A stretch of DNA of 44,143 nt from Haliotis rufescens (Eukaryota): positions 37,510,001 to 37,554,143 of the forward strand of contig NW_025964361.1 in the NCBI RefSeq assembly GCF_023055435.1, in the 5' to 3' direction. The translations under genes and the position numbers were made by a program. The notes beneath the pieces were generated by a model. That model was not told the DNA's origin and did no database searches. It saw only the letters and a program-made list of their open reading frames with translations. Every line of letters starts with the position of its first letter. The stretch's first letter is position 1. Below, piece after piece: positions 37,501 through 44,143 of this stretch.

Positions 37501-38357
37501 TCTACACTGTTATTGATAAAGGTGTTGATTCTACACTGTGCTTGATAAAGGTGTTGATTCTACACTGTGCTTGATAAAGGGGTTGAAACTGCACTGTGTT
37601 TGATAAAGGTGTTGAAACTACACTGTGTTTGATAAAGGTGTTGAAACTACACTGTGCTTGATAAAGGTGTTGAAACTACACTGTGTTTGATAAAGGGGTT
37701 GAAACTACACTGTGTTTGATAAAGGTGTTGATTCTACACTGTGCTTGATCAAGGTGTTGAAACTACACTGTGTTTGATAAAGGTGTTGAAACTACACTGT
37801 GTTTGATAAAGGTGTTGATTCTACACTGTGCTTGATAAAGGTGTTGATTCTACACTGTGCTTGATAAAGGTGTTGAATCTACACTGTGCTTGATAAAGGT
37901 GTTGAATCTACACTGTGTTTGATAAAGGTGTTGATTCTACACTGTGTTTGATAAAGGTGTTGACTCTACACTGTGCTTGATAAAGGTGTTGAATCTACAC
38001 TGTGCTTGATAAAGGTGTTGAATCTACACTGTGTTTGATAAAGGTGTTGATTCTACACTGTGTTCGATAAAGGTGTTGACTCTACACTGTGCTTGATAAA
38101 GGTGTTGAATCTACACTGTGCTTGATAAAGGTGTTGATTCTACACTGTGCTTGATAAAGGTGTTGAATCTACACTGTGCTTGATAAAGGTGTTGAATCTA
38201 CACTGTGCTTGATAAAGGTGTTGAATCTACACTGTGCTTGATAAAGGTGTTGAATCTACACTGTGTTTGATAAAGGTGTTGAAACTACACTGTGCTTGAT
38301 AAAGGTGTTGAAACTACACTGTGCTTGATAAAGGTGTTGAAACTACACTGTGCTTGG
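34576..38357. repeat. 29-bp minisatellite, about 130 copies, in intron 2 of gene 3
   Basis: Unit ctacactgtgcttgataaaggtgttgaat. Confidence 0.98.
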
Positions 38358-38750
38358 TAGAATTTACACCCAGACGTCGCCTCAACTGTCATAAGGAAGA
38401 TGTTCATCCACGAGAACCTCTTCGAGTATATTAAGCTTTCAATAAATCGGATTTCTTACATGAATACCTTTCAATGCTTCAACGCTACTTGTTATGTCGT
38501 CATAGAGTCAATGAAACTTTAGTTAACCAACGAGATCGGTATTCTGACAGTTAGTTCTCGACAAAGTGGTGTGCCTTTGAGTACAGTACATGTCTATAAT
38601 AGATTCACTTGCTTTAGATTTAAACAGTACACGTCACGCTCAAGTTTGTTTCCCTTTATGTCGAGCAATATCCAAGTGGTTCCTGCTTCTGATGTCCACA
38701 AGTTGTTTGATCAGGGTTACAATATTCAAGGCCTCGGTCAACTTTCAAAA

Positions 38751-38916
38751 GGGGCGGTCGGGTAGCCTAGTGGTTAAAGCGTTCGCTCCCCACGCCGAAG
38801 ACCCGGGTTCGATTCCCGACATGGGTAAAATGTGTAAAGCCCATCTCTGGTGTCCCCCGCCGTGATGTTGCTGGAATATTGCTAAAAGCGGCGTAAAACC
38901 ATACACACTAACTCAC
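38751..38916 (+). mobile_element. SINE family A
   Basis: 13-bp TSD tcaac(t/c)ttcaaaa. Confidence 0.94.
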
Positions 38917-39114
38917 TCAACCTTCAAAACGATTTATGGTAGACATGACGAGGCCATTTCCAAATCTGACGCATCAGGGATACAAATGATGTCCGTAGCT
39001 CTCACACCAAACTGCAGCACATTGAACACAGGACTTCTGTTCATTCTCTAGCTGAGGGACGCAACATTTCCCAGGGGTTCACATACGATGGTAAATTGTG
39101 TTCCTGGGGATGCT

Positions 39115-39313
39115 GGTGGCCAGGTCGACTACGTTGCCGCTAGTCGCTGTGCGAGTTGCGTCTCTGAGGCGTGCCAAAAACCTATGATCATGGGTTCGAA
39201 TCCTGTTTCGCCCTGATTCGACTTCTAGGTGTGTCAGCACCATATCCGCACTCCTGGGTTTCACCAAAGCGGTGAACGTCTGAGAACAGCCTAATTTGGG
39301 GGTTTCCTTCCAC
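39115..39313 (+). mobile_element. SINE family C, diverged
   Basis: cctatgatcatgggttcgaatcc...ttctaggtgtgtcagcaccata...tttccttccacat. Confidence 0.8.
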
Positions 39314-39450
39314 ATCACTGTTCAAGCGGTGTTCATAAGGTCTTATGGTAGACATGTGGAGGACATTTCCAAAATTGACTCATCAGTGACAAAAATGACA
39401 AATATTTTGACTTGTACCATATGTTCCCGGGTTTTTTCAGGTGGACAATT

Positions 39451-39860
39451 GACTTGCCTTTGCATGCGTTTGTGGTGGGTGCCACCGTTGGGGCAGGATA
39501 GACTCGCCTTTTCGCGAGCACCTGGTATATCATTACTTTTTGATTACGATTCATAAACACTTGCTCACAATCGAGTCTGCTTTATGCAGAGATTTCCATT
39601 GGATATGGATAGGGAAAGGGTTTTGTCGCTTTAGAAACCCAAACTCAATGATCACTCACATGTGTGACTTGCCTTTGCATGTGTTTGTGACGGGTGCCAC
39701 CGGTGGGGCTGTATACGCTCACCTTTTCGCGAACACCTGGCATCATTGCTGTTTGAGAGTGAGTCATAAACACATGCTCATGATATAGTCGGAATTGTCC
39801 AATCGACTCTGCTTTATGCAGAGATTTCTATTGAATTATGGAAAGGGTTTTGTCGCTTTA
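39451..39860 (+). repeat. Two tandem copies of repeat family E
   Basis: gacttgcctttgcatg... at 39451 and 39666, each ending gaaagggttttgtcgcttta. Confidence 0.85.
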
Positions 39861-39897
39861 TTTAAATATTCAGATGAGTTGTCCTTTACTTTTTCAG

Positions 39898-40117
39898 GTG
39901 TGCCAACATACGACAGATGTTCGTGGCAGCGGACATCAACCAAGATGGCGTTTTGAGCAGCCAGGAGCTACGCGGAGCTCTGTGCTCAGTAGGTTCGGCA
40001 CTACAGCAAAGTGACATAGATGCCTTGCTAGCTCGTCTGGACAAGGACAGAGACGGGAAACTCAACTACGAACAGTTTCTTGAACATTTGGCAAACAGAG
40101 GAAATGATGCGTGTTAA
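39898..40117 (+). CDS. EF-hand gene 3, coding exon 3 (terminal)
   Basis: Acceptor cctttactttttcag; (E)CANIRQMFVAADINQDGVLSSQELRGALCSVGSALQQSDIDALLARLDKDRDGKLNYEQFLEHLANRGNDAC-TAA; AATAAA at 40127. Confidence 0.9.
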
Positions 40118-40292
40118 AAATTCATCAATAAATATAATGTTCTGATTTTAAGGCGTTTAGACTATCATAACTCACAAAGTGGTTGCCAAACAAGTTTTAT
40201 TCGAAACAGCAGTCAAATTCAAAGTGTCAGCGCCAGAGAATGATCAGTCTCGATTATCCTCCGAAACAGATTCTATGGGGCGTAATAGGAGA

Positions 40293-40562
40293 GTGAGTGA
40301 GTGAGTTGGGTTTTTAACAGTATTCCAGTTATATCACGGCGTGTCAGCTTAATGTGGGAGGAAAGCCCGAAGTGATTCAGGTCTCAGACGTTTACCAATT
40401 CGGTGAAACCCACGAGCACGGGTATGGTGCTGACAAACCTAGAAACATAATCGGGGCGAACCGGGATTCGAACCCACAACCATAGGTTTCTGGCGTGCCC
40501 AAGGGACGCAACTCAGCACAGCGAATCGCGGCGCCTGAGACGAGTGGACCACCCGTGCCCCC
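40293..40562 (-). mobile_element. SINE family C, full-length, nested in an E-related repeat (about 40232-40690)
   Basis: Perfect 13-bp TSD gcgtaataggaga; the host sequence also matches 21528-21590 and 5760-5855. Confidence 0.92.
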
Positions 40563-41023
40563 GCGTAATAGGAGAAATAGTGCTAAAAATTACATGTGTG
40601 GATCACTGAAAAAATAAGTGATGACACCAGGTGTTCGCGAAAAGGGTAAGCCTGTCCTACTTTACCTGTAGCACCTGCCACTCACACATTGTCATAAAAA
40701 AGTAAATGTCGCCAGCAATTGCACGGCGGGGTACAGCAGAAATCACACATCAGGGCTTCACACATTGTACCCATGTGGCGTGACGAGCGAACGCTTTAAC
40801 CACGAGACTATCCTACAACCCCGCATACAAATTGAGAATGGACACAACTCAAAGTGCAAAGTGCCAGTGGTTGATTTTATTCACTGTTATTTAAAAAAAA
40901 ATTGTTTAATCATTTTTTATTATATTTAAACGGTTTCTGATCATGTGTAATGATATGTCATCAGTACAATTCACATAACAACTAACCCTTACCCGGATTG
41001 TCACCGCTCAGTGATGACGTGTG

Positions 41024-41190
41024 AGTGAGTGAGTGAGTATGGATTAACGCCGCTTTTAGCAATATTCCAGCAATATCACGGCGGGGGACACCAGATATGG
41101 GCTTCACACATTGTACCCATGTCGGGAATCGAACCCGAGTCTTCGGCGTGACGAGCGAACGCTTAAACCACCAAGCAACCCGACCGCCCC
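41024..41190 (-). mobile_element. SINE family A (a deleted copy also lies at about 40711-40822)
   Basis: 12-bp TSD tgatgacg(t/c)gtg. Confidence 0.94.
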
Positions 41191-41431
41191 TGATGACGCG
41201 TGTCGCTAGCAAGATGAATAGCACTTTGCAATTTTTGCAGTTTCTGTATATCAAGCAACAATTGTTACTGTCAGAATGGCTTGTTGTCACTTTCTTAGTA
41301 TAAGCACAGATGCACTGTCAATTAATCATCGCGATATTCCGTGATTCTATTGCAAGTGGCGAGGACTATACACTACTACTACGTGTGTTATTTTAAACGT
41401 CAGTGTTGGGGTGTTTGTCTATTGTACATAC

Positions 41432-41596
41432 GGGGCGGCGGGGTAGCCTAGTGGTTAAAGCGTCGATCGTCACGCCGAAGACCCGGGTTCGATTCCCGAC
41501 ATGGGTACAATGTGTGAAGCCCACTTCTGGTGTCCCCCGCCCTGATTTTGTTGGAATATTGCTATAAGCAGCGTAAAACCATACTTACTCACTCAC
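41432..41596 (+). mobile_element. SINE family A (a partial copy at 41653-41700 runs into the gap)
   Basis: Colinear with the consensus. Confidence 0.92.
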
Positions 41597-42260
41597 GTAC
41601 GTGCGTACGTACAGTTAATAATCTATCTATATATAATTGCATATATATGTGCGGGGAAGCCTAGTGGTTAAAGCGTGGATCGTCACGCCGAAGACCAGGG
41701 NNNNNNNNNNNNNNNNNNNNNNNNNNNNNNNNNNNNNNNNNNNNNNNNNNNNNNNNNNNNNNNNNNNNNNNNNNNNNNNNNNNNNNNNNNNNNNNNNNNN
41801 NNNNNNNNNNNNNNNNNNNNNNNNNNNNNNNNNNNNNNNNNNNNTTGTGTGCGTGCATGTATGTGTGTTTTTGTGTGCCTTGTCAATACCCCTGCCTTTC
41901 AAGCACTTGTCAATACTGCTTTATAAATAGTTTACAAATGTATAGATGGTACAATGAATTATTTAAGTCTTGAATGGATTTATAGGCGTTTCCCTAAGCT
42001 GGTGTCTAGAGTACAATGCATTATGAGATCAATTCAAGTTGTGTCGTGTAGCACGAACAGCAACAGTAAAGAAACAAACAAACAAACAAACTCAAGTCGT
42101 GGTAGCAGTGTACAAGGCTTAAGTGGTCTGCCATTAGTCACAGGCTTGGGGTAGTTGTTGCTGTCACGGCGTGCGGCTTGACTTGTGAAGCACTGGGTGA
42201 AAACATGTTTGTAGAAGGGCTTATAGTAGTGGTGGTAAAGGTAGTGGTTTTGGTAGATTG

Positions 42261-42505
42261 ATTGTTTATTTATTGGTTGTTTAACGGCGCACTCAGCAAT
42301 ATTCCAGCTATGTGACGGCGGTCTGTAAATAATCGAGTCTGGACCAGACAATCCAGTGATTGACATCATGAGCATCGATCCACGCAATTGGGTCAGCGCG
42401 CCTGACCACCCGATCCCGTCAGTCGCCTCTTACGGCAAGCACAGTCGCCTTTTACGGCAAGCATGGGTTGCTGAAGACCTATTCTAACCCGGACCTTCAC
42501 AGGTC
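42261..42505 (-). mobile_element. Family B, full-length ends
   Basis: 12-bp TSD tttggtagattg. Confidence 0.92.
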
Positions 42506-42639
42506 TTTGGTAGATTGCATCAAGTGGTTATGGTTATAGGATAAGTGGCCTTGGTGGCTGTTTTAGTATTAGTAGTGACTGTTGCGGTTCTACATTTTAG
42601 TTTTAGCAACCATCCAATATGGGTGTATACTTTCCTACG

Positions 42640-42881
42640 CTCGGCAGTTTATATGACGGCGGTCTGTAAACAGTCGAGTCGTAAACCAGACAATCCAGTG
42701 ATTGGCATAATGAGCATCGATATACACAATTCGGATACGAAGACATGTATCAACCAAGTAAGCGAGCATCAGTCAAGTCATCGAGCATCAAACAAGTCAG
42801 TGAGCGTGACGATCTTTTTAGTCTTCTTTTACGACAAGTATGGGTTGCTAAGGACCAATTATAGCCTGGATCTTCACGGGC
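42640..42881 (-). mobile_element. Family B, diverged
   Basis: Ends ggatcttcacggg; degenerate body. Confidence 0.75.
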
Positions 42882-43173
42882 TTGGAGTAGTTGTAGCTGT
42901 GAACAGTATTTCTGTTTTATCACGGCGTTGACGTTGGAGGACGCCCGATGTGATACACTAGGCGCAAACATGTTGGTAGAAGGGGTAATGACAGTGGGGA
43001 ATACTGGTGATGTATTTGTTATGGGTGGCAGTGGTTATGTNNNNNNNNNNNNNNNNNNNNNNNNNNNNNNNNNNNNNNNNNNNNNNNNNNNNNNNNNNNN
43101 NNNNNNNNNNNNNNNNNNNNNNNNNNNNNNNNNNNNNNNNNNNNNNNNNNNNNNNNNNNNNNNNNNNNNNNNN

Positions 43174-44143
43174 NGTAGTACTACTAGTAGTAGTGGTAGT
43201 ACTAGTAGTAGTAGCAGTAGTAGTAGTAGCAGTAGTAGCAGCAGTAGCAGTAGCAGTAGTAGTAGTAGCAACAGTAGTAGTAGTAGCAGCAGTTGTAGTA
43301 GTAGTAGCAGAAGTAGTAGTTGCAGCAGCAGCAGTTGTAGTTGTAGTAGTAGTAGTACTACTAGTAGTAGTAGTAGTACTACTAGTAGTAGTAGTAGTAG
43401 CAGTAGTAGTAGTAGTAGTAGTAGCAGCAGTAGTAGTAGTAGAAGCAGAAGTAGNNNNNNNNNNNNNNNNNNNNNNNNNNNNNNNNNNNNNNNNNNNNNN
43501 NNNNNNNNNNNNNNNNNNNNNNNNNNNNNNNNNNNNNNNNNNNNNNNNNNNNNNNNNNNNNNNNNNNNNNNNNNNNNNNNNNNNNNNNNNNNNNNNNNNN
43601 NNNNNNNNAGTAATAGTAGTAGTAGCAGTAGTAGAAGTAGTAGCAGTAGCAGTAGTAGCAGTAGTAGTAGCAGTAGTAGTAGTAGTAGTAGCAGCAGTAG
43701 TAGTAGTAGTAGCAGTAGTAGTAGTAGTACTAGNNNNNNNNNNNNNNNNNNNNNNNNNNNNNNNNNNNNNNNNNNNNNNNNNNNNNNNNNNNNNNNNNNN
43801 NNNNNNNNNNNNNNNNNNNNNNNNNNNNNNNNNNNNNNNNNNNNNNNNNNNNNNNNNNNNNNNNNNNNNNNNNNNNNNNNNNNNNNNNNNNNNNNNNNNN
43901 NNNNNNNNNNNNNNNNNNNNNNNNNNNNNNNNNNNNNNNNNNNNNNNNNNNNNNNNNNNNNNNNNNNNNNNAGNNNNNNNNNNNNNNNNNNNNNNNNNNN
44001 NNNNNNNNNNNNNNNNNNNNNNNNNNNNNNNNNNNNNNNNNNNNNNNNNNNNNNNNNNNNNNNNNNNNNNNNNNNNNNNNNNNNNNNNNNNNNNNNNNNN
44101 NNNNNNNNNNNNNNNNNNNNNNNNNNTAGTAGTAGAAGTAGTA
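43174..44143. repeat. (AGT)n/(AGC)n trinucleotide tract broken by assembly gaps
   Basis: Direct reading; mostly N. Confidence 0.95.

Noticed and set aside
43035-43271. Poly-Leu ORF and X-containing ORFs at 41627-41930
   Set aside because: Microsatellite and N-gap artefacts

Overview
Eukaryotic (metazoan) genomic DNA, intron-rich and repeat-rich, with assembly gaps near the 3' end. The SINE families suggest a mollusc, probably a gastropod such as abalone; this comes from recalled family resemblance, not a search. The main genic content is a tandem cluster of three divergent four-EF-hand (calmodulin-like) genes on the + strand: 11533-16989, 20731-23573 and 32635-40117. Each has three coding exons, an identical 95-nt middle exon and intron phases 0 and 2. 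The ORF track shows only fragments of these genes. The rest consists of four short retroposon families sharing one 3' tail (tRNA-Asp-like; V-domain-like; Meta-domain-like; and one with no tRNA head and a structured 5' end), a decayed Tc1 transposase, a probable Sola-like transposase remnant, several MITEs, and large minisatellites (56, 21, 23, 23 and 29 bp units). All long ORFs in the track (19.5-20.8 kb, 28.2-30.1 kb) are tandem-repeat artefacts.
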